Assembly (NCBI GenBank): GCA_951406725.2
Contig: OX597814.1
Coordinates: 75,826,001-75,890,000, forward strand
Length of the DNA stretch: 64,000 nt
From: Octopus vulgaris
Lineage: Eukaryota
Reading direction: 5' to 3'
Part shown: positions 1 to 11,043 of the stretch, in pieces
Numbering within the stretch: position 1 is the first letter of the stretch
Layout: each line of letters starts with the position of its first letter
Made by a program: the position numbers and the translations under genes
Notes under the pieces: generated by a model
What the model was told of the DNA's origin: nothing
The model's database searches: none
Seen by the model: the letters and a program-made list of their open reading frames with translations, nothing else

Positions 1-382
1 AACGGAAATAACAGCATTAATATAACAAACAGCTAATGATATGGATAAAAAATTTCACTAGCATATAAATATAAACAAGTTACTGAATATTAGTACACCT
101 GGCAAACCGTGATGTTTAAGATGCATGTGGATTAGTCAAAAAAGTATTCTAAAAATTCAGCTTGTTGAATTAAGAGGTACAACAGTTGTCAAGAACTCAA
201 CTGTCAGTTAAACACATTTGAAATTTGATGATTACACTATGTAAGAAAGTGCTAATTTAACTTTATGAGCATTACAAAATATTTTTTTAATGTTAAAATA
301 CTATAATAAAAATGTGAAAACTAGACCATGCTTTAACTTTATTCAACTGATATATTATTCTATATACATTCATACAAATTTG

Positions 383-390
383 AAACAATA

Positions 391-436
<46 letters not shown>

Positions 437-541
437 CCACATATGTAGTAGTATATATATATATATATATCGTATATATATGTATATGATATATATGATG
501 TGTATATATATATATGTATATATATGTGTATATGTATGTAT
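383..541. repeat. (TA)n/(TATG)n microsatellite
   Basis: Direct reading; the YI-rich ORF here is an artefact. Confidence 0.95.
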
Positions 542-971
542 AAGTTGATAATGGTAGTATTGGGGAGTAGGTCCAAACTTGCAGGGAAGGGTTGGATTTG
601 GGATTGAATCCAGTTTTGTAGTATAGATGTATTATACTGTATTGTGTTGGATTGGAGATGGAACCACTGTTGGGTGGATCAGGTGGTGAAGGGCATAGGC
701 CGGTGCATGGAATTGATTTGAAGGTGTAGGAGTTGAAATTTGAAAAATTGTTTAGGTGATTTAAACTTATAAATTTTAAATGTATATGTACAAATATATA
801 TGTATATATATGTATGTATATTTTTGGCCGTTTGCCAGCTCCGCCAAATTTATCAGCAGCAAATAAATATAAGGTGTATTTAGCCAGAGGGGAAGCAGAT
901 AAGAAAAATTTGCCAATGTCCTGCGCCGTGGGGATGAAAGACTTGAGGTATTTTGTATAGCAAGACAGTGT

Positions 972-2580
972 GTGAGAGAGAATCGTGACGTGGTAGGAGA
1001 AAAATGTGTTCGCACAGATGACGGCTCACTTGCGTTAAATGAGGATGCAAAGAGAGAGGTTTGGAGACGCCACTATGAAAGGTTGCTGAATGAGGAAAAT
1101 GAATGGGATAAAGAGAGTCTGCCGAATGTTGACCCAACAGAGGGACCAGCAATCCGAGTTGACAGTTCCGTAGTAGTTAAGGCAATTACAAGCATGAAAA
1201 TAGGGAAAGCCCCAGGCCCATCAGGAATTACTGCAGAGATGCTCAAAATATCTGGTAGTGTCGGCTATAGCCTAGTCACCCGTATAGTTAACCAGGTGAT
1301 ACACGAAGGAGTCATACCCAATGACTGGTGTAGCAGCATAATAGTCAACTGCTACAAAGGTAAAGGTGACACCCTAGATACAAATAACTACAGGGGTATC
1401 AAGCTGCTGGATCAGGTAATGAAGGTTACGGAGAGGGTTATAGCCCAACTAATTAGAGAGAGAATTAGCTTAGACCAGATGCAGTTTGGGTTCGTGCCAG
1501 GGAAAAGTACTACTGATGCTATCTTCCTGGTAAGACAGCTGCAGGAGAAATACCTAGCCAAAGACAAGCCCCTGTACCTGACTTTTGTTGACATGGAGAA
1601 AGCCTTCAACAGGGTCCCCCAATCCCTCATCTGGTGGTCAATGAGGAAACTAGGGATAGATGAATGGTTAGTGAGAGCTGTACAAGCCATGTACAGAGAC
1701 GCTGCTAGTAAGGTGAGGGTTGGCATCGAGTACAGTGAAGAATTCAGGGTAGAGGTTGGGGTCCACCAAGGTTCAGTTCTCAGTCCCCTCCTATTTATCA
1801 TAGTCCTCCAGGCAATAACGGAGGAATTCAAGACAGGATGCCCCTAGGAGCTCCTCTATGCTGATGACCTTGCTCTAATTGCAGAGTCTCTATCAGAACT
1901 GGAGGAGAAGTTTCAGGTGTGGAAGCAAGGTTTAGAATCGAAGGGCCTTAGGATCAACCTAGCCAAAACCAAAGTCCTAATAAGTAGGAAGGTAGACCAA
2001 TCACAAACGCCTTCAGGTAGATGGCCTTGCTCGATCTGTAGAAAAGGCGTAGGTAGAAACTTTATAAGATGCACCAAATGTAAACTATGGACACATAAGA
2101 GATGTAGTAATGTCAAAGGAAGACTAACTAGGAAAATAGTTTTTATCTGTGGCAGATGCTCAGGAGCAATAAACTCTGAAAATATGCAGAGACCAACTTC
2201 TATCACGTTCCAGGGAGAAAAACAAGAAGTAGTTGATAGCTTCCGCTACCTAGGTGACCAAGTCAGTAGTGGGGGCGGGTGTGCTGAAAGTGTAACTGCT
2301 AGAGTAAGAATAGCCCGGGCAAAGTTTAGAGAGCTCTTACACCTGCTGGTGACAAAAGGCCTCTCGCTCAAAGTAAAAGGCAGACTGTATGGTGCATGTG
2401 TACGTACAGCCATGCTACATGGCAGTGAAACTTGGGCTGTGACTGCTGAGGATTTGCGTAAGCTCGCAAGAAATTAAGCTAGTATGCTTCGATGGATGTG
2501 TAATGTCAGTGTTCATAATCAACAGAGTGTAAGTACCTTGAGAGAAAAGTTGGACCTAAGAAGCATCAGTTGTTGTGTGC
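972..2580 (+). pseudogene. RTE ORF2 reverse transcriptase with embedded PHD-type finger; in-frame stops at 1845-1847 and 2475-2477; C-terminus deleted
   Basis: ORFs 972-1847, 1917-2477 and 2484.. lie in one frame separated by single stops; CSIC..CTKC..HKRC..CGRC. It lacks the RGRGRPR C-terminus seen in the copy at ~63230. Confidence 0.9.
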
Positions 2581-2679
2581 AAACCAAATCAAATCAGATA
2601 TCAGAAAGCAGAACCAAAATTGAGGTCGATCAACATCAATGGAAATTGCAGCTGTGGTTAAGCGAACCATCCGATCGTG

Positions 2680-2980
2680 GTCGTTGCCGGCGCCACCCCG
2701 TCTGGCCTCCATGCCGGTGGGACGTAAAAGCACCATCCATTCGTGTCCGCTGCTAGCCTCGCCTGGCTCCCGTGCTGGTGGCACGTAAAAGCACCATCTG
2801 TTCGTGGCCGTTGTCAGCCTCGCCTGGCCCCGTGCCGGTGGCATGTAAAAGCACCATCTGCTCGTGTCCGTTGCCAGCCTCGCGTGGCCCCCGTGCCGGT
2901 GGCACGTAAAAGCACTATCCGTTCGTGGCCGTTTGCCAGCTCCGTCTGGCACCTGTGCGGGCGGCACGTAAAAAGCACCC
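2680..2980 (+). repeat. ~60-bp tandem repeat (about 5 copies) in the RTE 3' UTR
   Basis: Recurrent gccggtggcacgtaaaagcacca core. Confidence 0.9.
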
Positions 2981-3256
2981 ACTACACTCACGGAGTGGTT
3001 GGCGTTAGGAAGGGCATCCAGCCGTAGAAACACTGCCAGATCTGACTGGGCCTGATGCAGCCTTCCGGCTTCACAGACCCCAGTTGAACCGTCCAACCCA
3101 TGCTAGCATGGAAAGCAGACGCTAAATGATGATGATGATGATGATGATGATATATAACTAGCATTAAAGACCCGTTGTTGCTGGGTCATAGTGCTAGTGC
3201 ATGTATATATGTGTATATATATGTGTACATATTACATGTACATCTATATATATATA

Positions 3257-3892
3257 CTAGCAGTATCGCCCGGCGTTGCTCGGGTTTGTAAGGGAAATAA
3301 CTATATAAGCATTTTTAGAGAGTTATAGCCAAAAGATAGCAAAAAATGCATTAAAAATGGAAAAAATATGATGGTAAATTTTTTTTAAATCGTTGACTCA
3401 TCGTAGACATTTTTAGAGAGTTACTTCACTTATATAATAGCGAAAAAATGCATTAAAATGGAAAAAAAACGATGGTAAATTTTTTTTTAAATCGTAGACT
3501 CATGTAGACGCTTTCTTAGCCATTTCTGTTTTGGTGTCTTCAAGCCATGAAGTCGTTGTTCTAAAAGAACGCTGGTCTCCTTGACAACGCATTACGACGT
3601 TGATTTCCTTAAACTCCCTTCCCCACAGGTGCAGGTGTGAGCGTGGACGCCAACTCCGCCGCCATCGACACACGAAAAATTATGCATTAAGATGGAATAA
3701 AAAATGATGTTAAATTATTTTTAAAATCGTAGACTCATCGTAGACACGCGCTAATACTCAGACGGGCTCGATATGAATCACGACTATAAGCTACCCGAAT
3801 TTGGTTAAACTGCACCGCAAAATGTGGGAGTAGTTAGGAATCTAAATCGAAGGGGACAGACACTCACACAACTACTGTTTTATATATATAGA
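3257..3892 (-). mobile_element. Non-autonomous Helitron (family A)
   Basis: The minus strand begins TC(TATATATATAAAAC), ends with hairpin CCCGAGCAACGCCGGG plus CTAG, and sits between A and T; copies at 27726 and 29222. Confidence 0.88.
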
Positions 3893-3939
3893 TATACATA
3901 GCGCAGTAGTGGTGAGATGTGACAGCAAAGAAAAGCATA

Positions 3940-4500
3940 CATTCACTCTCTGCATGCAATTAGACTCGGAAAGTTCGTGAGGAACCCATTGACCCAATTT
4001 GCTGACTTTTCCGATAGCACACAGGTCTCAATGAATGGTTGAATGACCAAATCCAAGCTTCTCTGCTAGTTTCTCAACAGTTACGATGAGATTTTGTTCC
4101 ACCAGGGTTTTCAGGATGTCCTTGTCGAGTTCTACAGATCTTTCAGGATGAGGCTCGTCTTCTAGGCTGTAGTTTATGGCTCGGAATTTCTGGAACCACC
4201 ATTGACACTGCCTTACGCTTATTGTCCAATCCCCATATACTGCATTAATATTTCTTGTACTTTCCGTTGCGTTGTTGTCTTTATTGAACTCATAAAGCAA
4301 AATATGCCAAATATGCTCCTTTGTTACTTCCAACATAGCTTTGAAAAAAATAGCTGTTAAAATCGAAATGCACTCTTCAAAACTTGCACTATGAATAAGG
4401 ACAAGATAAAATTACTACCTGCTTTTATAGCAAGTTAATATAAGTAGTTTATCCCATTCCCCTCTGACTTTTAGTTCAAGCTGTTGAAAAAACCGCATTA
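3940..4500 (-). pseudogene. Mariner transposase N-terminal fragment (HTH to WVPHEL)
   Basis: ORF 4028-4336 HIWHILLYEF..RNINAVYG..WFQKF..LEDEP; WVPHEL encoded at ~3970-3990. Confidence 0.88.
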
Positions 4501-4769
4501 TTATATATATATACATACATACATACATACATACATATACACACACACTCTCTCTCTCACACACATGCTCACATTTATATTCTGTTATTCTTTTATATGT
4601 TTCAGCCTTGAGGTTGTGGCCATGCTGGATCATGTGTGTGTGTGTGTGTGTGTGTCTATCTGTCTGTCTGTCTGTCTGTATGTATATATGTATATGTATG
4701 TGTGTGAACAATAATATTTTCAACAGATGTGTTGCAAATGTATCTGATTGTTCTCAAGCTTCAATACTC

Positions 4770-4950
4770 TGTGTGTGTGTGTATGCGTGTGTGTGTGTGT
4801 ATGTATGTATATGTATGTATGTATGTATATGTATGTATGTATGTATGTGTGTATGTATGTATGTGTGTGTGTATGTATGTATGTGTGTGTATGTGTGTGT
4901 ATGTATGTATGTATGTATGTATGTATGTATGTATGTATGTATGTATGTAT
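4770..4950. repeat. (TG)n/(TATG)n microsatellite
   Basis: Direct reading; absent from the second copy of this composite at ~30725. Confidence 0.95.
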
Positions 4951-5763
4951 GAGTGTATGTTTACTTTATTACTAACAAGCCACTACGGTTATTTAATGTA
5001 AAGTCTTCCTCAAATCACTCTCTCTCGCTATTTACTCTCTTCCAAGAACATTTTCACTCACTCTTATGTCTTAGCTTCCCATACATTTTACTCATGTATC
5101 TATCAGCGTCATAGACAGAAACAAATATTACATCGCCATCGTCACCGCATTCTATTGTCTACCTGTCAACACACTGAATTACTTTCACTTTATTCGTAGC
5201 ACACTGTGTGTGTGCGTTTGCGTGTGCTGTAAACCAGACTAAGAAAAGCATTTGACATACACACCAGAATGTGAGTTTTCTGTAAATTTTGCTTAATTGG
5301 AGTTTAAATTTTAAAAACTGGACCTGGCATGACCCGATGCATTCTACTCTTAAAAATGCTAGGTAAATTGTAATTGAAGAAATCCTATATTGTAGATTTC
5401 TATAAGATACAAAGGGAGGCAGATAAAATCTGCCTTTTATAATAAGAGATACATCTACACATAAGATGCAAAATACAAAGTTATATCTTGATATCGCTAG
5501 TGATAACAATACTCAAAATATATAACAGACTGGAATTGTTAGCTCTTATTTCTTTATTCACCATACGGTTATACATATAAAGACAGAACATCACGAATGA
5601 TTTTACATGAATATGCGTTGGGGTCTAATAAAAATGTACAAATGATTATATAATTCGGATGATAGGACACTTTTTACACAAACAATTTCACAGATGGAGT
5701 GGGGCGGGCTTACGGACCCCACGAACCCCGACACGACACTGACCTTAGGTTTTTTTTTCCGGC

Positions 5764-8700
5764 TTACCTCGCATTCATGAGGGTCCTTTTACTCACAACA
5801 TTCTTCCATCTTTCATCGAACACTTTCTTACTTAGGCCCCTCTTCTCTAGTTCTATTTGTCTTTTTAGGTGGAATTTAAAATATTCCACCAGACTAGAAC
5901 CAGAGATGAAGTTGCCTGCTATCACCCCTTTCATCCTCGTCTTCCATACTGCCTGTTTCGCAATTGAAACCACAGAGAGAAAACAATTCTTACCTTCTTT
6001 CGTTAAGAAATCCGGTGGGTCAATTTTTACAATGGATTCAGTCGATAGCTGTACTCTTCCTCCACTTGACAACAGTTGTTCGGCAAAAACCCACATGTCT
6101 GTCACCTCCGAGCACTGCACGACCGCGTGCGAGACGGTTTCCCTGTCTCGCCCACACCTCGGACAGGTCGGGCTGACTTGGCCACCGTGCCTTGCGAGTT
6201 TATCCCGAACAGGTAAGGCTCCTCGGTAACACTGCCAAGCCAAGGACTTTTGAAAATTATCCAGGGTCCTCGGCCCAAATGTACGTTGGAACAGACTGGC
6301 CAGCTGATTATCGTCGAAACCTAGGGTTTCCCCTAACGTATCATCGCAACCGGCCTCTACAAACCCTCTATAGAAAACAGCGGTAGAACCACTGCCGCAA
6401 GCATTGCCCGAGCGACGGAATAGTCGGAGTGCCTTGCGACACTTCGTATACCATGTATCCAACTTCGATCTGCGATTATACTAGGCTTCCCGTCCACCAA
6501 AACTGGTGAACTTGGGAAACATCTGTTTCGCCAACGGAGACCACACCCGTTCACCATCCAGATGGAGCCACAGATGCCTTAACCTCAGCGCATTTCTGCG
6601 CATCATTAGCCACGGCATCCCTAGTCCACCCTTTAACGGTTTTTGACAACAAACAGAGCGTCTCACAAGTGGTTTCGAGCTCTTCCACAAAAAGTGAAAG
6701 AGCTGTCTTTCCAACTTGGTCAACCACGAATCCGGGCAAGGCACGACGGTAAGGCGGTAGGTGATCACCGATGCGATAAACAACCTCCGCCCTACCTTTC
6801 AGGGATAACCACCGCCAAGACCAGGTCTTGGCTACTGCAGCCACCCTGCTCGATACCTCGCTCCAGTTCTTCTCTATTTGGAGGTCTGGTCCAAACCAAA
6901 CCCCGAGCAACTTAATCGGACCCTCCGTCCAACGTCCCACGGCGCTGTCTGAAGGCATCGACTTGCCTCTCCAGGTGCCGAGTTGCAAGCCGACTGACTT
7001 TTCGCGATTAACTTTTGCTCCTGTCACCGTCTCGTAAACCTCTATGGCCTTGCCTACTTTACGTAGGAGGTCCACTTCAGTCACGATGATAGTGATCTCA
7101 TCCGCGTACGCCGAAACCGACATTCCACGACCTGGCTGCCCCGGGATGCCATTCAGTTTTCGCAGCAGCGGCTCGAGAGCCACTACATACAAAAGCGGGG
7201 AGAGTGGGCATCCTTGACGAACCGAGCATTTGACTCTGAACGGCTTAGAAATAAAGCCGTTCACCCGAACTACCGAGTCGACGTTATCGTACATTTCGAT
7301 GATCCACCTAAGGAAGCCAAGACCCAGGCCGAACTGAGCCAGAACAGACACCAGGTAATGATGGTCGACGCTATCGAAAGCTTTTGATTGGTCTAAATGG
7401 ACCACTGCCCCTCCCTTGCCGGGATCGCTATTAATTCCCTCTATAGTGTATCTGATTAGATGGAGATTATCCTGAATGGACCTGCCAGGTACGGCACACG
7501 TTTGTGCCTTCCCTATTAGTCCATCCGCGACATGCGCCAATCTGTTTGATAACACTTTTGGCCAAAATCTTCAGCTCTGCATTAAGCAGAGTGATGGGCC
7601 TGAAATTATCAATGACATCCCCTTTGTCCGGGTCCTTCCTGATTAGTGTCACCACTCCCCGGCGCACAGATCTGGGAATAAACCCATTCTGCTGCCAGTT
7701 CGCGTAGACGTTCGCCGGTAAGTCCCCGAACAAGTCCGGCATACTTTTATAAAGCTCGTAGGGTAGACCATCCAGTCCTGGCGCCTTACCCGCGCCGCAG
7801 TCAGCCATGGCCTCTATTACTTCCCCAGGCGTGATCGGCTCCTCACTACACTTCACGTCCTGCTCCGAGAGGCGCGGCAGCCCGTCGAGGAGGTCCGTTA
7901 GGCCCCTCCTCCTATCCGGTCCACCGCTCCCCCCAAAGAGCTGGGCGAAGTGGTCCTGAAAAGCTTCACACATCTCCTCGGGCTCGTCTATCAACTTACC
8001 TTGTTGGTTCGTCAAAGATCGAATTGTGGCATCGTTGCCACGTTGGGCTTCCACCACTCGGGCCCATCTCGCGGCATTAATTCCTTCGCTCCCCATTGCA
8101 CGTTGTCTAGCCCTGACAATGCAACCCATGTGTTTGGCTTCGAGGTGCTGGTTTAAAACCAGTCTCTTGACCTTCACCTGGGCTGCCGTGCCAGTTCGCA
8201 TTGCTTCCTCTAAGTCCTTAACTAGTGCTGATTCCCTTCTAGCCTCTCTAGCTACTAGATCTATACTATATCTAATGGACTCATATCTGATGGCTCGCTT
8301 GAGGGCATACCACCATTTGTTGTTAATTATGGTTCCGGTTAAAGCCCTCTGAATCATTAACCTTATCCTGTCACTGTACTCCTTAATCGCCAAAAGGGAC
8401 GTATTAAGTTTCCAGTAACCAGGACCTCTATTCCTCTTATCTATGTCTAGCCTACAGGTGACCATCTTGTGGTCACTGTAGCTGACCATGTGGAGCTGTG
8501 GACTCCTAGCTAGTTTCTTATCTACTTTTCTAATTAATATCCTGTCTATGTACGACTTGATAGATCCGTCGCTGTTTGACCATGTCCACAATGGAGCGTT
8601 CGGATGTTCCAGTCTATATGGATCTACCAGCTCGAAACGTCTTAGTAGATCCTGGAAGCAAGCATTTCCTTTCCTATCTGTTCGCGAGCCCTCACAGTCT

Positions 8701-9152
8701 ACCCGCACATCGTAGACTGTGTTGAAGTCTCCTAAAACAACTAAAAGATGCGATGTACTCAGAAACTTTCCAAGGTTCCGAAAATAATCACTTTGTTCCC
8801 CTTGACTGTGGGGTGCGTAAACCGCAACCAGCCTGATTGTCTTACGACTACTGAACGTCAAATCAACGACGACCAGTCTACCTTCTGGATCTGAAAAAAT
8901 CAACTTTTTCTCAGAAACCCGGTTCTTTTTACACAGGACCAACACCCCGCTTCCGCCGGACAGACGGCTCGGAGAGATAATTCTCTCGTAACCGCCGAAC
9001 AGCGGGAGCGGATCTCTTGGCCCCTTTAACCAGGTTTCTGTGGCAACAACAACATCTAAATCCCGTGACCTGATGTCATTTAGGAGGCGCCCTTGCTTGC
9101 AGTTCGTCACCAGGCCACGCACATTTATGCACCCTACATGAATACGAGCCAT
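5764..9152 (-). pseudogene. L1/Tx1 ORF2: APE endonuclease, reverse transcriptase, C-terminal CCHC zinc finger
   Basis: INVRGL, VYAP, LGDFN, IDRI, SDH, GPGYWKLN, KAPGLDG, NFRPITLLN, DQSKAFD, VRQGCPLSPLLY, YADE (catalytic D altered), GGLG, CPRC..ETVSH..C. Frameshifts near 7555, 6780 and 6480. Confidence 0.93.
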
Positions 9153-9162
9153 CACCTACCTT

Positions 9163-10746
9163 TTAGTTGGTTTTCCTTTTTTCCGTTTGTCGTGGGGGGA
9201 AGTCCGCATTATACAACGACTCGTGCAAGTCGAGACGCGGACCTCTGATGTCTTTTGGGTATTCCTCATGTATAATGTTGTAATTTAACCTGTCGATCTT
9301 ACACACTTCTACATTTTTGGGCAATACCCTGTAAGTTTGAATTTTTTCTGCTGTTGGGGCTTCATTAATAAGTTTCACCAACCTATCGTTATCTTTGTTT
9401 ATTGAGATGTACACCATCTCTAAACCTTCCATTTTTTTCTTTGGGCTTTGTGGGGGTGATGGGGGGACGGCGGGGAGTAGTTTGGGAGGGGAGGGAATTG
9501 TTCGACCCTGGGAGGTGGGGTTGTTGTTCGGGTTGGGTTGGGGGGGTCTTCTCTTTTTTTTTCTTCTGTGGGGAACCGTGGTTGGGTGGGGTAAATTTTT
9601 CCCCCTGTGTGTTATTTTTCTTTTTGCTTGTGCATCGGGTGGGTGGGTTTAAGTCTTCATTTTTTCTTTTTGGTGTTTTTTTTCTGCCTCACCAGTGTGA
9701 AGGCATTTTCTTCTTCTGTTGTTTTCTCTTCCACCGTCTCTTTTTTCCTCTCCTCCTCTGCTTCCGTCCTTTTTCTCTCTTCTTCTTCTTTCTTGCGGGT
9801 GGGGCAGTCTATACGGATGTGGCCTTTCTCACCACATCCGTAGCATCGAGGCTTTCGCCCCTCCACCACCACCCGCAAATTTATTTCATCGCTGAAATTG
9901 ATATTTTCTGCGACCTCCTCCAATGTCTCTGAGGCCGCCTGTACTGTCACTTGAAGAGTTTGACCTCTCCAGTTTTCCATCCTGATCTTTGTTATCGCTA
10001 TAACACTTATTTTTTTCTTCCAGCCCTATTAGTAAGGCTTGAAGCAACCACTTTACCTCGATTTCTGGAGGTATGTCCTCGATTCTTATTTTGGCGGACC
10101 TCCGCCCCAAATAGGAAGGCAAGAGAACAATATCACTCGCCTTAATTGGGGTTAGCGAGTGCTTTCTTGCCATTTGCTCGCTCTTAAAATATACCATTAT
10201 TGTGGCGTACTTTTTGCCCCATGTCACAAAGTCTATGTCTTGCCATATTGGTTGCAGGCACTTCTCTGCCTGTTCTTTTGTTACTCTTTCGATTTTTTTC
10301 TCTTTTATTACAAATGATTTGTAAATCACTATCCTTCTTTGTGTTTCATTTTTAATTTCTTCTGGGAGGGTGGCTTTTATATTATTCCCCTCCCTTACAA
10401 ACATATTTTTGCATTTTTCATATTCTATGTCCTCCATTTTAATCTCTTCCGTCTTCCGTCCAGCGGCGGCTGCGAAGTTGTATGTTTTAGCTTGTTTTCC
10501 TTTCGAAGGCGAACCTTCAATAATTTTAGCTGCAGACACAGCTACACTTGAAGGCGAACCTTCGATAACTTTAGCTGCAGACACAGCTACACTTGAAGGC
10601 GAACCTTCGATGACTTTAACTGCAGGAAAGCCTGCTTCACTTGAAAGCGAACCTTCCTCACTTGAAGCGGACAGTGTTTCCACATCAAACAACATTTTTT
10701 TTGACATCATGTCTTTTTTGTTCATTTTTTCAAATGTATTGTTCAT
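9163..10746 (-). pseudogene. L1/Tx1 ORF1 (Gag-like nucleic-acid-binding protein with CCHC knuckle), frameshifted
   Basis: Fragments 9886-10755, 9657-9980 (CYGCGEKGHIRIDC) and 9163-9432; first ATG at 10746. Confidence 0.85.
10505..10665 (-). repeat. 45-bp in-frame tandem repeat in ORF1 (VIEGSPSSVAVSAAK, about 3 copies)
   Basis: gaaggcgaaccttc..tgcagacacagctacactt repeated. Confidence 0.9.
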
Positions 10747-10769
10747 TTTTTTCACAAATGTAGAGTTAT

Positions 10770-10830
10770 GATTTTGATTTTGATTTTTCCAGTTTCAGCT
10801 AATGAGCTGTGGCCATGCTGGGGCACCGCC
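10770..10830 (-). mobile_element. Short SINE/LINE 3'-tail fragment inside the L1 5' UTR
   Basis: ggcggtgccccagcatggccacag..ctgaaac matches the SINE tail at ~34346-34385. Confidence 0.7.
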
Positions 10831-11043
10831 ATTATATATATTTTTTGTTTTTGTATGTAACGTGTAGCACTTTTCCCCTCCGTAAGGAGGGGAATAACAA
10901 TATTTTTTGTTATTACACCAGACGTTCAAAGTTCAAACAAAACAATAATTTCTTTAACAAACGCTAAACAGTTACTTACAAATTACTGAAAATACCACGC
11001 TTCAAATACGGGAAAAATCAGACATCAATTAAATGGAATTGTT

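Larger units (their letters stand above)
865..3150 (+). mobile_element. 5'-truncated RTE-clade LINE with (GAT)n tail
   Basis: RT motifs KAPGPSG, NYRGIKLL, QFGFVPG, FVDMEKAF, GVHQGSVLSPLLF, LLYADD and FRYLG; the 3' UTR ends in (GAT)n at ~3127-3150. The 5' boundary is approximate. Confidence 0.93.
3257..5449 (-). mobile_element. Composite Helitron: family-B 5' end + captured mariner fragment and microsatellites + family-A element
   Basis: Similarity to 29222-31101 starts exactly at CTAG and ends exactly at TCTCTTATTATAAAAGGC. Confidence 0.78.
5548..11034 (-). mobile_element. Near-full-length L1/Tx1-type non-LTR retrotransposon (disrupted)
   Basis: ORF1 plus ORF2 with a 10-nt spacer; 3' end AATAAAGAAAT; tggaattgtt on both sides (5531-5540, 11034-11043). 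Confidence 0.92.

Noticed and set aside
2680-2980. Regularly spaced repeats resembling a CRISPR array (also 26035-26310)
   Set aside because: The intervening sequences are homologous to each other, they lie in LINE 3' UTRs, the context is eukaryotic and there are no cas genes.
3157-3198. Small inverted repeat actagca..gacccg..ctgggtc..tgctagt
   Set aside because: Possibly an isolated Helitron 3' end, but too short to call.
9153-9162. AAGGTAGGTG between ORF1 and ORF2, resembling a Shine-Dalgarno site or splice donor
   Set aside because: Ten bases in a eukaryotic LINE; no independent support.
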